Source: Nitrosopumilus sp. (GTDB lineage: Archaea > Thermoproteota > Nitrososphaeria > Nitrososphaerales > Nitrosopumilaceae). From it: a stretch of DNA of 64,000 nt. The notes under the pieces are model-generated. The model was not told the origin of the DNA and did no database searches. It saw nothing but the letters and a program-made list of their open reading frames with translations. Position numbers and translations under genes: made by a program. The first letter of the stretch is position 1. Every line of letters begins with the position of its first letter. The stretch lies in contig CBDBLO010000002.1 in NCBI GenBank assembly GCA_965207075.1, positions 704,001 to 768,000 on the forward strand, read 5' to 3'. Below, piece after piece: positions 16,860 to 27,966 of the stretch.

Positions 16860-19800
16860 ATGCAGCGTGAGAGGGGGACAGTAGATCCCAACGTACTGCG
16901 CGCTCCGCGCGGTCTGTGCCATGCCGTCATTATCATGGCCGCAGTCGTCATAGCATCGTGCGCCGCGCCGGACGCCGCAGTCTGGGCGGACCACTCCGCC
17001 ACTAGCTGCGTACTGCGCGTGAGCGGCTCGACGCATCCAGTCACATACCAGGGCGAGCCACGACAGAATCCCGACGGTACGTACTACCCGGGGGACGCGT
17101 TCTACTACGTGTTCCGGTGGTCCGAACAGTCCGACGACCCCGACGGCTGCTCCGTCCGCGCCCCGCTCCTCGAGACGAACCGCCTGCAGCTGGACCACCG
17201 CGCCGTATGGGTCGACTCCAACGGCCGCGAAGACCGCCGCGCGCCCCTCATGCACAGGGACCTCGACCCGTCTGTGGCGTTCCTCTCCAGTACGGACTTT
17301 TACGCGGGTAAAACGGTAGCCTCGTGCAAGGAGATGTTCACAAAGCCCGGCGAGTCCCATACGTGGAGGTATGACAAGTGGGTCGTGTACGACAAGGTAT
17401 TCCTCACAAAGGACTCCGACGTACTGACGGAGTTTGAAAAGACGCTCAAGTCTAGGGGATACGGGGGCGAACCGGCCTGGGGGTGGTGGACCGACAGGAT
17501 TGACGCAAAGTCGCGGCACGTGCAGGACCTGCCGTACTGCCCGTGGGCCAAATACAAGGGAGGCAACATCAAGGGTGGCATTATCCCAGAAGACCAGAAG
17601 CTAAACGACACCACGGCCGACCTGCCCGGCGCCCCCCCGCACATGAAGCCCTACGGCGGCGGCATATTCTACGCCACGACGCACGGCTGGGGGATCACCA
17701 CGGGCGCGGGCGCGTCGCACGCCCACCTCGCCGAGACGCCGGCCGATCCCGAGAGTGTGGAGTGGTTTGAGGAGCGCGTGCGGGCGGCGTGCGGCGGACT
17801 GGGCGCGCGGTCCGGTTGCGTGTACGGAACAGCCGAGGTGCGGCCCAGCCGGGGCGTGTGCGTCTCGGATGTAGTCGGCGCGTATGGCGCCATACTGGAC
17901 GCGTGGCACAAGCGGCTGCCGCCGTACGACGTCCGGGGCGGGAGCGGAGACCGTGCGGAACCCACGCCGCCACCGCCGCCCGGGTATCCGGCGGGTTTCT
18001 GGGCGCACCTGCTGTCAAACCGCTCGCACGCGTTCGATATGGACACGGTGCCGGCCGGCATGCATCCGGAGGCGTATCAGGTGCCGGCCGGCGGCGACGC
18101 GTGCTCAGGGCCTACAACGGACGGCGCGAAGCTGGATCTTACCGTATCAGGCCACTACTGGACGCCGCAACACCGCGCCAACGGTATACCGGTGAGGGGA
18201 TTGGAAGAGGTGGGCAGGGAATCAGGACCACCGCTGCAGGACGGCAAGCTGTCAATCGTGCTGACAAAGCCGCCACTGCATCATGTGGAGGGGTATGACG
18301 CCAAGAATCTGGACGGCACCTACTACCACGAGGATCCAATATACGTGCGGCACGAGCCGTCGTGGAAATGGAAGGACGAGCGCAGCGCGCACGTCAGCTT
18401 CGAGACGCACCGCCTGCCCCCCATTGCACTCCCGGTGATTGATGAATTTGACTGCCCGCCGCAGTCGACGACGGCGGACGGGAACGTCACCACCGCGCCC
18501 GCCCCACATACGGCGGTACCGCCGTGCGAGCATGCGATTGAGGTGGACTCGCTGCTGTGGCTGGCCGAAATACTATGGTTCGGCAACGGAGACGGACTGA
18601 CGGTCCGGACCTCCGACGTATCGCACGATTTTGGCACCTACGAATTCGCGTACAACATGACTGCCTACAACCTAGGCAAACAAGTTGCAAGTGCGGTGAA
18701 CTCTACCGAGGCCAAGGTCGTGCCGTACGAGCCATCCTACGAGGCGGCATATTCATATCCCATGCTTGCCGACGCCCGTGAGTACGCCTTTGATGACCGA
18801 CACGGGATCGCCATGAGGTACGGTGGGAGCTGGCAGGAGGACGTACTCCACCCGATGCGCCGCTCGTTCATCAACGGGTGGGACGGGACGGGAGGGGGGC
18901 ATGACCCGTACACCTACAACCGCTTTGGGCAGGACCACGTGCTCGACATGGGCCGCAACTCCTCGCCCGACCACACCGCGCTGGAGCACGTACAAGACAC
19001 GCAGACCGCAATGTTCGTGCAGGATGGGCACGGCACAATCTTGTTTGAGTGGCCCGTATCTGGATGGGTGTTCTCCACGTACAACCAGACGGCAACGGGG
19101 ACGCCGGTCGCCGCCACTACCGCTGTTGCAAAGGCGGCAGTCAACGAGAACGTCACATCGCACCTGAAGATCTACAGCCGCGACTTTGCGGGCAAGGACG
19201 CCCTGTTATACGAGACCACAATGCGTTATCCGGAGATGCCGTTTACAAAACATGTGACGATACAGTCCGTAGATCATACTGGCGCCATACAGGCTATGGA
19301 TGATATCACGCTGCGGGTAGCACCATACACGGAACTGGGGGCCGAATATTTGACAGACTACATACGCGACAAGATAACATGGGATACAGGCGATCCGATC
19401 ATAACACAGATCGTCGTAAACGCCACCCATCCCATGGTGCAGGAGTGGCACGCGTCAGACGGCGTAATCAAAGCCACGGTGCTGCGTACGTCCGTACACT
19501 TTAACGACATTGCGATACAAAACGGCACTGGCCTGCCATACAGTGGCAGGTTGGCGGACCTTCACGAGTTGGCCGAACATCCGGAAACACTACGTCTCGC
19601 TGCTTCATACGATCTGGGACTGAGCGTACTGGCTCCAACGTCCCTGTACATCACGATAAACAACTCCAGCGAGCACGCCATCCATCACAAGTACTATCCG
19701 TTTGGGGGAAGTGAAACTATCAACATCAACGTCAAAAAGGACAATCCGGCAGATATATCAAGGGAGCCTGGCCGCCTCATCATAAGACAGCCCGAAAATT

Positions 19801-20060
19801 TTGGGATCATCAAGCATGTAGAGATAAACGGAACGCGTCTACAGCAACCATGCCCCATTGGCTGTACCATCATGTTCCAACCAGACGTCGCCTTGAATAT
19901 AGTACTATACAACGAATGGGGCGGGGAGGCCCACGGCGCCGTTGTTACATCGTATGTTCTTTATGCGCCGCATTCAGACGAGTCGGGGTGGCAGATTATG
20001 GGAATTGTTGTATCGTCATTTGTGATTTTATATGTGGCGTACAGAAAGACAGCAACATAA
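16860..20060 (+). CDS. Large secreted, C-terminally anchored surface protein
   Basis: Hydrophobic signal (VIIMAAVVIASCA), repeated NxDGTYY motif, C-terminal TM plus YRK; start uncertain. Confidence 0.75.
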   Translation: MQRERGTVDPNVLRAPRGLCHAVIIMAAVVIASCAAPDAAVWADHSATSCVLRVSGSTHPVTYQGEPRQNPDGTYYPGDAFYYVFRWSEQSDDPDGCSVRAPLLETNRLQLDHRAVWVDSNGREDRRAPLMHRDLDPSVAFLSSTDFYAGKTVASCKEMFTKPGESHTWRYDKWVVYDKVFLTKDSDVLTEFEKTLKSRGYGGEPAWGWWTDRIDAKSRHVQDLPYCPWAKYKGGNIKGGIIPEDQKLNDTTADLPGAPPHMKPYGGGIFYATTHGWGITTGAGASHAHLAETPADPESVEWFEERVRAACGGLGARSGCVYGTAEVRPSRGVCVSDVVGAYGAILDAWHKRLPPYDVRGGSGDRAEPTPPPPPGYPAGFWAHLLSNRSHAFDMDTVPAGMHPEAYQVPAGGDACSGPTTDGAKLDLTVSGHYWTPQHRANGIPVRGLEEVGRESGPPLQDGKLSIVLTKPPLHHVEGYDAKNLDGTYYHEDPIYVRHEPSWKWKDERSAHVSFETHRLPPIALPVIDEFDCPPQSTTADGNVTTAPAPHTAVPPCEHAIEVDSLLWLAEILWFGNGDGLTVRTSDVSHDFGTYEFAYNMTAYNLGKQVASAVNSTEAKVVPYEPSYEAAYSYPMLADAREYAFDDRHGIAMRYGGSWQEDVLHPMRRSFINGWDGTGGGHDPYTYNRFGQDHVLDMGRNSSPDHTALEHVQDTQTAMFVQDGHGTILFEWPVSGWVFSTYNQTATGTPVAATTAVAKAAVNENVTSHLKIYSRDFAGKDALLYETTMRYPEMPFTKHVTIQSVDHTGAIQAMDDITLRVAPYTELGAEYLTDYIRDKITWDTGDPIITQIVVNATHPMVQEWHASDGVIKATVLRTSVHFNDIAIQNGTGLPYSGRLADLHELAEHPETLRLAASYDLGLSVLAPTSLYITINNSSEHAIHHKYYPFGGSETININVKKDNPADISREPGRLIIRQPENFGIIKHVEINGTRLQQPCPIGCTIMFQPDVALNIVLYNEWGGEAHGAVVTSYVLYAPHSDESGWQIMGIVVSSFVILYVAYRKTAT

Positions 20061-20596
20061 AAATCATAATCCAAGAGATTCTGCATTATGATCGTTATTT
20101 ATTAGGTCACGGGTACTGAAACAAACAAGCAAGATATGGGTTAGACATGGGTGATTGATTGAAAAACAAATTAAGAAATATTGCGTGGTTACTGCTTGCC
20201 GGCACATTTGCAGCTGCTGCAATCACGGCAGTTGTGATTTATGTATTCGTGGGAGATGATGCAGGATTGGATCCTTTTCCCGATCTTTTGTATATCCGAA
20301 GCGGTTCAGGAGTGCCGGGTTGTGAGCTTGCAGAGCAGTCGTGTGTCAGCGAACCTGTCAAAGAGATTGGCGCCGGAAAGTACCTTATCTTCTCAAACAA
20401 GGATGACGTAAACCATACCATGACGTCCGGCACGCCCGAATCTGGTCCTGACGGTGAGTTTGACATCGGGCCTGTGCCGGGCCGAGTAACACAATCGTTC
20501 ATCGTTCCGGAAAGAGGCGAGTATGATTGGTTCTGCTGGAGTGGACCCCCTGTTTTGGTACCATTTCTTGCTCCAAAATCCGAATGATTCCTGCCC

Positions 20597-21430
20597 TCAT
20601 TTATTCGTCATCTCCCACAGTTCGACAAACTCTGCCGGTGTCATGTACCCGATAGAGGAGTGTATCCGCTCTTTGTTGTAGTCGGCAATGGCTTCTGCAA
20701 TGATCTTCTCTGCCTCCTGGTAATTGGCAAACTCATGCGGCCAGATGTACTCCTTTTTGAGGGTCTTGTGGAACGACTCGACGTGCCCGTTCTGCTCCGG
20801 TGTGTTCTTCCAGATGAACTCGTGCTTGCCGATGCCCAGGGCCCGGACCGCGCGCCTGAAGTCTCGGCTCGCGTACTGGTTGCCGTTGTCAGTGCGCAGC
20901 CGCAGCCTGGAGCAGTCGGGCCTTTCCGCGGCGACCGCGTTTGTGATCGAGTCGATTGCCACGTCCCTCGTGGCATGGACGTCAAACGCGTACGCGATCC
21001 ACTTGCGCGTAAAGCAGTCTATCACGTTGAAACAGTAGCACCAGCCGTCAATGCCGCACCAGACGTACGTGATGTCAGTCTCCCACAGCCGGTTCGGGGC
21101 CTCTGGCTTGAAGAGCCTGCGGCCTGCCCGGATGATGTCGTTTTTCGTCTTTTGCGGCTGGATGTAGCCTATCCTGCGGTATATCCGCTGCACTTTCTTG
21201 CGGTTTGTGGACACGCCGGTCTCGCGGGCCACCTGGGCCGCCATTCTTCTGGTTCCATACGTGGGACGCCTGGCCGCAATGCGCCTGACCACCCGGACGG
21301 CGTCCGCGTCCACCGGGACGTTCCTTGGACGCGCAGTGTAATACCATGCCTGCTTGGACATGCCGCAGTATCCCAGCGCCCTGTTGAGGCTCATGTATTT
21401 CGCTGCCTTGGTGACTGCCTCCATCCTCAT
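20597..21430 (-). CDS. IS3 transposase OrfB (DDE/rve)
   Basis: YGTRRM, WETDITY, TDNGNQY, EQNGHVESFHKTLKKE, YNKERIHSS. Confidence 0.95.
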   Translation of the reverse strand: MRMEAVTKAAKYMSLNRALGYCGMSKQAWYYTARPRNVPVDADAVRVVRRIAARRPTYGTRRMAAQVARETGVSTNRKKVQRIYRRIGYIQPQKTKNDIIRAGRRLFKPEAPNRLWETDITYVWCGIDGWCYCFNVIDCFTRKWIAYAFDVHATRDVAIDSITNAVAAERPDCSRLRLRTDNGNQYASRDFRRAVRALGIGKHEFIWKNTPEQNGHVESFHKTLKKEYIWPHEFANYQEAEKIIAEAIADYNKERIHSSIGYMTPAEFVELWEMTNK

Positions 21431-21708
21431 CTTTTTGCCCCCTCCAAAGTTTTTTTTAAAACGTCGTTGGCTATGGTGATCTCTGCGATTATGCGCTTGA
21501 GGTGTTCAATCTCCCGGACGTGGCTCTTGTCAACGTCCCCGTGGCTGGCAAGCGCCTGCTTGCCACCCTGCAGGAACTTGTCCTTCCAGTCCTGGAAGGT
21601 CGCAGGGGAGACATTGTGCTTGCGGCACAGCTCGGCGGCAGATATGCGGGTGGTAAAAAACTCCACCACCGCGTCGGCCTTGTCTTGCGGGCTGCGTCTC
21701 TTGCTCAT
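21427..21708 (-). CDS. IS3 transposase OrfA (HTH)
   Basis: AELCRKHNVSPATFQDWKDKF, C-terminal coiled coil, VLKK. Confidence 0.9.
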   Translation of the reverse strand: MSKRRSPQDKADAVVEFFTTRISAAELCRKHNVSPATFQDWKDKFLQGGKQALASHGDVDKSHVREIEHLKRIIAEITIANDVLKKTLEGAKR

Positions 21709-21818
21709 GCCCCTGCTGCCGCCTCCTGCACCCTTAAGCATTCGGTTTTGATCGGTCTCACTTTAGCGGGGTCCAGCCCACTGCACGATACATCCGTGGA
21801 TAACAGGGAGGATTATAG

Positions 21819-22781
21819 TTGGTTGATCGTCACAAATCAGAGAAGGTAAACTACATCGACTGCGAGATTTCCAGAAGACTTGAGATAATAGACTGCATGA
21901 TCAGATGGTGGACGACAAACCAGAACTACATCCACGCGGATCCAAATGTCGCTGCCAAATGCGGATGGATGATTCGGCAACTTGAAAACTACCGTAACAG
22001 GGTGTATGACAGGTCTGCGGAGTTCAGGCAATACATGATTCTTGTGGAATCATACAAGTATGATACGGAAAGCAATGAATTCAAAAACGCTGAAAGACGG
22101 GCCAACGAGCTGTATAGGAATCTATGCCGCACGTTTGATAATAACGGCCACTACTTCCAGGCGCTGGTCACGAAACGCTTTCACGAGGATGATCAATTTG
22201 AAATAACAGATGTAGAGGTGAAGGGTACCGGCTATGACTTTGATGTCGAAATTGCAGACGAGCATGGTTACCGATACTGCATCGAGGTGTGGCTGGGACA
22301 AAACAAGTACAGTTATGCGACGAAGGAGAGCACTTCAATTGTGGGAGTCTATGATGGTGTGGTTCATTCTGATCTAGGATCGGTCCCGGAACGACTGAGC
22401 GACGTTGCGTCGGATCGGGGCGGCATAAGCGCAGATCCCAAACACGATCTGCCCAAAATCTGGCGCAAATTGGCCCAGTTGCCCGACAACCGCGTGGGCT
22501 TTCTTGTCGCTTGCAGGCGGGGCGGCAGCCGAATACAGATTGGACGAACCGACTTTCCAATAGTGTCGCCGGAGTATATGCCGCCAAACAAGTGCATCAT
22601 TGTGCTGAATTTTGGCGGGGATGGGGTACCCGGGGGACGCGGCTCTGCGTTTGTAGTGCATCATCCAGACTTTAAGCTAGTCGAAGTTGCGAAAGAGATA
22701 ATCCGATCGTTAGAGTTCAAGCACGATCAGGACGTATACGCCGAAAAGACCTGGCTGCTTGAACAGTGTGGCCTAGGGTAG
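21819..22781 (+). CDS. Hypothetical protein, possible PD-(D/E)xK fold
   Basis: 320-aa ORF; YDFDVEI...YCIEVW spacing. Confidence 0.6.
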   Translation: MVDRHKSEKVNYIDCEISRRLEIIDCMIRWWTTNQNYIHADPNVAAKCGWMIRQLENYRNRVYDRSAEFRQYMILVESYKYDTESNEFKNAERRANELYRNLCRTFDNNGHYFQALVTKRFHEDDQFEITDVEVKGTGYDFDVEIADEHGYRYCIEVWLGQNKYSYATKESTSIVGVYDGVVHSDLGSVPERLSDVASDRGGISADPKHDLPKIWRKLAQLPDNRVGFLVACRRGGSRIQIGRTDFPIVSPEYMPPNKCIIVLNFGGDGVPGGRGSAFVVHHPDFKLVEVAKEIIRSLEFKHDQDVYAEKTWLLEQCGLG

Positions 22782-23678
22782 ATTCGTTTACGCATCTAGT
22801 TCCTTGTAGTGGCTGATAAGCCTGTACGTCTCAATACCAAAGCTCTCCACGTACGCCTACGTTCATCTGAGAACTTGGGCCTGAACCTTGGAGTGTTGAT
22901 TGTAGTCTGGATACCAATACACTCCACTATTTCTAGCATGTTTTTGTAGAGTTTGGCAGGATGGTATGATACTATGTTTGTATCCAAATCACGGGGCATG
23001 GCCATGATTACTTCTCGGATATACCATCGTGTACGGCTCGGGCCATACGCTACCCTAGACACGAAGTCTGTAAACTGTATCTTTTGTCCGTCATATTTTG
23101 AATTTTGGATCGGCACCATTTACTTGAAAAGCAGTATGTTGGCTACCTAGTGATCAGTATGTAGATTTGTCAGTGTAGTGAACATGTTCCCATACCCACC
23201 GATGTGGCAGCTTGTTCCAGCAACTACACATGTGAAACATGGGAAAGAAGATGATGATGGGGGGCATGCAATGATGAAAAGCACTAGAGAAACACCTCAG
23301 TGCAACATCCATTGTACACAGAAGGGGGGGGGGATCATGGATGATTATTGGAATCATTCTGGCGGCAATGAGATGATGTGTAGGATGTAAAGTGGGGTTA
23401 AATTTGACGAGAGCGCTGCGCGCGAGCTTTCTATCAGTTAAAGCGACATGATAATGAATACAGGGTAGGAATGGAAAGGGTCGAAATCCACAGTGGGTTC
23501 GCATACCTTCACAGATGACAGCAGAAGGCGATCGGGGCGTCCACAACATCCCTGCATTTTTCTTCACATTATGGATATGGAATAATATTTTTCTAAATTA
23601 TAAAAAATCAGTGTACAGTGTGAATGGTGGCCAATGCGCAAGATCACGAATACTTTAAGAACGAGAACAATCTAATCC

Positions 23679-24770
23679 ATGCAGTCCATGACTAGCAAAA
23701 ACAAGCCCAAAGTAGAAACATCTACTCGTCAGAGAAGAGCGGCTTTCAAGGCATGGAAAACGATGAGAAGAGACAGGTGGTCACGACAAGACGGTGCATC
23801 TTCCAAAATTGACAGGTTTATGACCCCAAGACAAGCCTCAAAAATCATACACCCCGAATCCATACAAGTCCGGCAAGAACAAAAAACCACTTACTCGAAA
23901 GGAATAGTAAGCCTTTTCCACAAAACTCCTCCCGATATAGCATGCGGTAGATTTTGGGAATTAAGGTGGGCGTATGGGTGCCCACTTGACTGTAGTTACT
24001 GTTACCTTCGTGGAACCATGAGGGGAAACATGAAACCCAGTCCATTAAAACCAGAGCATGTTCTTAATGCAATAGGTGCAGCATTTGCCAACATAAAAAC
24101 TCCGTCGATATTTAACACGGGCGAGCTTTCCGACTCGCTAATGTACCCAACACTCATGGAAAAAATAGTCGATAAATTTGAAGAGCAGTCGACACATAAA
24201 GTTGCACTGCTTAGCAAGATGGGCGTCAAGAATGTAGGTTTTTTGTTAGCCAAATTGCGAAAACAGACCATATGCGCATGGAGTGTAAATGCCATTGTGG
24301 TATCCAAAAGGTGGGAAAAGGCTGCGCCGTCTCCAAAGGAGAGGATCGATGCCGCAGCGCTGGTCAGCTCAGTTGGCTATGACACAAGAATAAGAATAGA
24401 CCCGATATTCCCCACATATGAATGGAAAAAGCACTATGAAGAGATAATTGAGTACATGTTCTCAAGACTTGATCCAAAAAGGATCATACTTGGGACTCCT
24501 CGGGGCCTATGGAAGACCATCAAATATGCACGGGAGGCAAAAATCGACATGTCTTGGGCTAATTTCTTTAATGAGGACTCTGGCTGGGGTAAAAAACTGG
24601 CCTTTGAGCAGAGGGGTGAAATTTACCGTTTCTTTATCGACAAAATGGCAGAGTTTGGATATGCGAAATCCAAAATCACCATGTGCAAAGAGACCACTGC
24701 GATGTGGGATAAGATGAAGCTTGACTACAAGCCGCTAAGATGTAATTGTTATGGAAGTCACTTACTCTGA
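23679..24770 (+). CDS. Spore-photoproduct-lyase-like radical SAM protein
   Basis: GCPLDCSYCYL, FNTGELSDS, ERIDAA, RIDPIF, MCKET. Confidence 0.85.
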   Translation: MQSMTSKNKPKVETSTRQRRAAFKAWKTMRRDRWSRQDGASSKIDRFMTPRQASKIIHPESIQVRQEQKTTYSKGIVSLFHKTPPDIACGRFWELRWAYGCPLDCSYCYLRGTMRGNMKPSPLKPEHVLNAIGAAFANIKTPSIFNTGELSDSLMYPTLMEKIVDKFEEQSTHKVALLSKMGVKNVGFLLAKLRKQTICAWSVNAIVVSKRWEKAAPSPKERIDAAALVSSVGYDTRIRIDPIFPTYEWKKHYEEIIEYMFSRLDPKRIILGTPRGLWKTIKYAREAKIDMSWANFFNEDSGWGKKLAFEQRGEIYRFFIDKMAEFGYAKSKITMCKETTAMWDKMKLDYKPLRCNCYGSHLL

Positions 24771-25859
24771 GACAAACTCTATTATGCATGTATCGGGATA
24801 GTTAAATCCGCCTCTCTTTCTTCCTAAAACCTTGATTTTGGGCGGCTGTTGGCTTTCTAGCACCTTTAGAATATCATTTTTATAACGGAACTTTGAGATC
24901 CAAACAAATTCTTTGATTTGTGGAACTGGCACTGTCTGCCCCTTGAATTTCTCAAAGACGAGCCTGGCTGCTTCAGACGCTGCTGATTCTTCTGTTACGT
25001 CAGTGAGATATGTTTGGTGAGGATCTGCCCTGTCTGAAAATCTATAAGTTCCTCTCGAATCAACGGCGTACATGGCATTTTTCATGACGTCCATTCCTTT
25101 CGGGTGATTGGTACCAAACACTAGGTAATACTCCGTATGTCCATCCTTCCGTACCATTTCAAATGATCGTATATGTTTCACTTTGGCAATTGTTCGTAAC
25201 TTAGATTCATAATAACCTAAGAGAAAATCCTTCCTTGCTTCCGATTCGGTTGGAATTGTTTCGTTTTGCCAGTCCGAGTCACCATACAATTCGTTGATTG
25301 CACTTTTTTGAATATCCGAAAACCGATTGACAAAATCATACATGAATGTGATTAACACTTCACAACGTTTATTGGACATAAAACGCGCAATTGTAGTCAT
25401 TGGAAAATTAGAATATCCAAACGGATCAATAAACGCAAACGTAGGTGCAAGCTCTAATTTGTCTTGATCTAGCTCATCCAGAATTTCTTCAACTGTGGTT
25501 GCAAATTCTCCCTCATATACACCGTACTGGAGGTTGTTTGGAAGATTGGGAAATTTGTCATTTAAAACATCCTTTAATTTTTGTGCTATTTTCGGATCCT
25601 TTTCAATAAAAACAAATTTAATTTCTCCAAATTTTTTTCGTAACATGTGCTCGCGTGCAGTTCGCAATGCAATTACGGGAGATCCATCTTCTCCTTGTGA
25701 ATAAACCCCGGGGCCCGCAAATCCGTCCAAATACACCACCCTGCCAAAAGTGCCAGACATAATCGGAAACCAAGCTTTTAGGTGGTTCTCCAGAATTACG
25801 TGCTTTGCTTTAGTATGTGGTTCAATTGGCCAAGTTGGGTCTGAGTCAGTTGCCAACAA
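24762..25859 (-). CDS. tcmP: Three-Cys-motif partner protein (SAM-methyltransferase-like fold)
   Basis: HTKAKHVIL, YLDGFAGPG, GSPVIAL, FAFIDPFG, YYLVFGTNHPKG..MK.AM. Confidence 0.9.
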   Translation of the reverse strand: MLATDSDPTWPIEPHTKAKHVILENHLKAWFPIMSGTFGRVVYLDGFAGPGVYSQGEDGSPVIALRTAREHMLRKKFGEIKFVFIEKDPKIAQKLKDVLNDKFPNLPNNLQYGVYEGEFATTVEEILDELDQDKLELAPTFAFIDPFGYSNFPMTTIARFMSNKRCEVLITFMYDFVNRFSDIQKSAINELYGDSDWQNETIPTESEARKDFLLGYYESKLRTIAKVKHIRSFEMVRKDGHTEYYLVFGTNHPKGMDVMKNAMYAVDSRGTYRFSDRADPHQTYLTDVTEESAASEAARLVFEKFKGQTVPVPQIKEFVWISKFRYKNDILKVLESQQPPKIKVLGRKRGGFNYPDTCIIEFVSE

Positions 25860-25910
25860 TGTGGTATATCTGTAGAATTTTTAACCATTTCTATCATAAA
25901 TAGCGCCTTC

Positions 25911-27055
25911 TGTAGTACAAAAGTAGTTCATTCCCTGGCCAAGTGCATGAGATCGGTCGAGATGTGGACAAAACGCATAAGCTTGACGTCCAGTGGAAGA
26001 AGGGTGTGTAGGTTTAGAGCCAGAGACTGGCAGGTTAATCAACTTGAAACGTCCCGACAACGAAAAGCTCAATGAAGAGCACGTGAACTAGATACTGCGG
26101 GAGAAGAAGAAAGGCGTGTTGACCAACGCCTAGATGGCCCATTGCATGGGCATCTCACCGAGATGGGTGCAGAAACTCTGGTCTAGGTACGGTCACAGCC
26201 TCAAACAACTTGAGTCGTACCCTCCCGTATAAGTAGGACACCAAGAGACGGAGCATGCGGGCGCGGGAGCACTCTGCGGTGCTGCGCGCCGGACAGGCCG
26301 AACCACTGGGATCGATGGGGCCGCAGAGGATCATAAGGGCCTATACCTGAATCAATACCCCAAACAACATGATACACAACATACTGTTGGGCGAGGACAT
26401 GACCGAAAGACACTCAAAAGAAAGCAGAAAGCGAAAATAGGTGTGGTACGAGCGCGAACGCCCCAATTCGCTGTGGCACACGGACTAGAAGCAGCTGTAC
26501 GACAGCAGGCGGCTTCCGTACCACGAAGGCAACGCGTCCAAGTTCGTCACCGGGTACGGAGTGTTCGAGAACCCAACTGCCAAGAACGCCCTTGCGGTGC
26601 TTGACGCCATCATCCGGAACCACGGCTGGCCTCGTCCATCATGACGGATCATGACTCTCCGTTTTATGTAAACGAAAAGGGGAGGTAAAGCAGGACGCGA
26701 GCTCATTTGAGAGGAGATTGATAGAGCTGGACATATGTCAGATCTTGGGAAGCGTGAAGCATCCTCAGACGAGTGACAAGCTTGATAGGCTGCACGGGGA
26801 GAACCGATGCAAGATTCCCCGGTTAGAGACAGTCGTAATGCGTACCGACGCGCCGATGGATCTGTTCATGAAATGGCACAATCATGACAGGCCGCACTGG
26901 TCACTGAACTGGGACGAACCGGATCTTCCGCACGGGCTTTTGAGCGCAAGATGCCCAAAGCGACTACAACGGAAAGCGGAGAAACCGTTATTGACGCGTA
27001 GGCAGGTGCAATGCACCATGCTCAGTAAGGAATGAACTGCTTTTCATACTCCACA
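25911..27055 (+). pseudogene. Degenerate IS481-family element
   Basis: Fragments with stops and frameshifts (SPRWVQKLW, YERERPNSLWHTD, HPQTSDKLDR) similar to 57047-58126; imperfect TIRs AAAAGTAGTTCATTCC / GGAATGAACTGCTTTT. Confidence 0.8.
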
Positions 27056-27118
27056 ATTATAAGCACGCCTGTAATCAATAGTGAACTTAAATACTAATAA
27101 TCTTAGGTAGCTTCAAGA

Positions 27119-27943
27119 TTGGCTACTAGTTCCGCAATAGAATGGACCGAGGCTACATGGAACCCCACCACGGGGTGCACCAAGATCTCCCAAGGTTGCA
27201 AAAACTGCTATGCAGCAGCGCTATCCAAGAGGCTAAAGGCCATGGGAATTCCAAAGTACAAGAACAACTTCAAGTTTACGCAGCATGAGAACGAGGTTGG
27301 ATTGCCGTTAAAATGGAAAAAACCTCGAAAGATTTTCGTGAATAGTATGTCTGACTTGTTCCATGAGGAAGCTATGATGGAATTTATTGCAAGCTGCTTT
27401 GATACTATGATTAAAGCCAATTGGCACGTCTATCAAGTTTTAACAAAACGCCCTGAAATAATGGCAGAATTTTCAAAATTATCAAAATCGTATTTTGGCT
27501 TCCAAATTCCAAACCATATTTGGATGGGCACAAGTGTGGAAAATAATGATACTACTTGGAGAATTCGAGAATTACGTAAGGTAAAATGTTATGTAAAATT
27601 CATTAGCTTTGAGCCACTTTTAGAAGAAATAAACAACGTGAACTTGTCAGGAATAGATTGGGCCATCATTGGCGGAGAAAGCGGCCATCATTATCGGCCT
27701 GTCGAAAAAAAATGGATTCAGAATCTAATTAGGCAATGTAAACGACAAAACGTTAAGGTGTTTTTTAAACAATGGGGTGGTTTTAGACCAAAAGCCGGTG
27801 GCAGGACAATTAATGGTAGAACGTATAGTGAATATCCAAAACTAAAACCCATGACAAGCCAAACTCAACTAAAATTGCAACGGCGACAAACCAAAGATAT
27901 TCAATTTGAAAAACAACAATTTAAGAAATACTGTCACCTTTGA
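27119..27943 (+). CDS. DUF5131 (phage Gp37/Gp68) radical-SAM-like protein
   Basis: IEWTEATWNPTTGCTKISQGCKNCYA, FVNSMSDLFH, LTKRP, GGESG, FFKQWGG. Confidence 0.93.
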   Translation: MATSSAIEWTEATWNPTTGCTKISQGCKNCYAAALSKRLKAMGIPKYKNNFKFTQHENEVGLPLKWKKPRKIFVNSMSDLFHEEAMMEFIASCFDTMIKANWHVYQVLTKRPEIMAEFSKLSKSYFGFQIPNHIWMGTSVENNDTTWRIRELRKVKCYVKFISFEPLLEEINNVNLSGIDWAIIGGESGHHYRPVEKKWIQNLIRQCKRQNVKVFFKQWGGFRPKAGGRTINGRTYSEYPKLKPMTSQTQLKLQRRQTKDIQFEKQQFKKYCHL

Positions 27944-27966
27944 TTCACATCAAAAAGTGTTAATTT

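Larger units (their letters stand above)
20537..21780 (-). mobile_element. IS3-family insertion sequence
   Basis: Imperfect TIRs TGGAGTGGACCCC / GGGGTCCAGCCCA; 4-bp TSD CTGC (20533-36, 21781-84); orfA/orfB with A-rich slippery sequence. Confidence 0.93.
20159..21826 (+). pseudogene. Plastocyanin/azurin-like cupredoxin interrupted by IS3
   Basis: NKDDVNHTMTSG...GEYDWFC continues after the IS as TIHPWITGRIIVG-stop (21785-21826). Confidence 0.85.

Noticed and set aside
22796-23567. Short ORFs in AT-rich spacer
   Set aside because: No motifs; probably decayed sequence.
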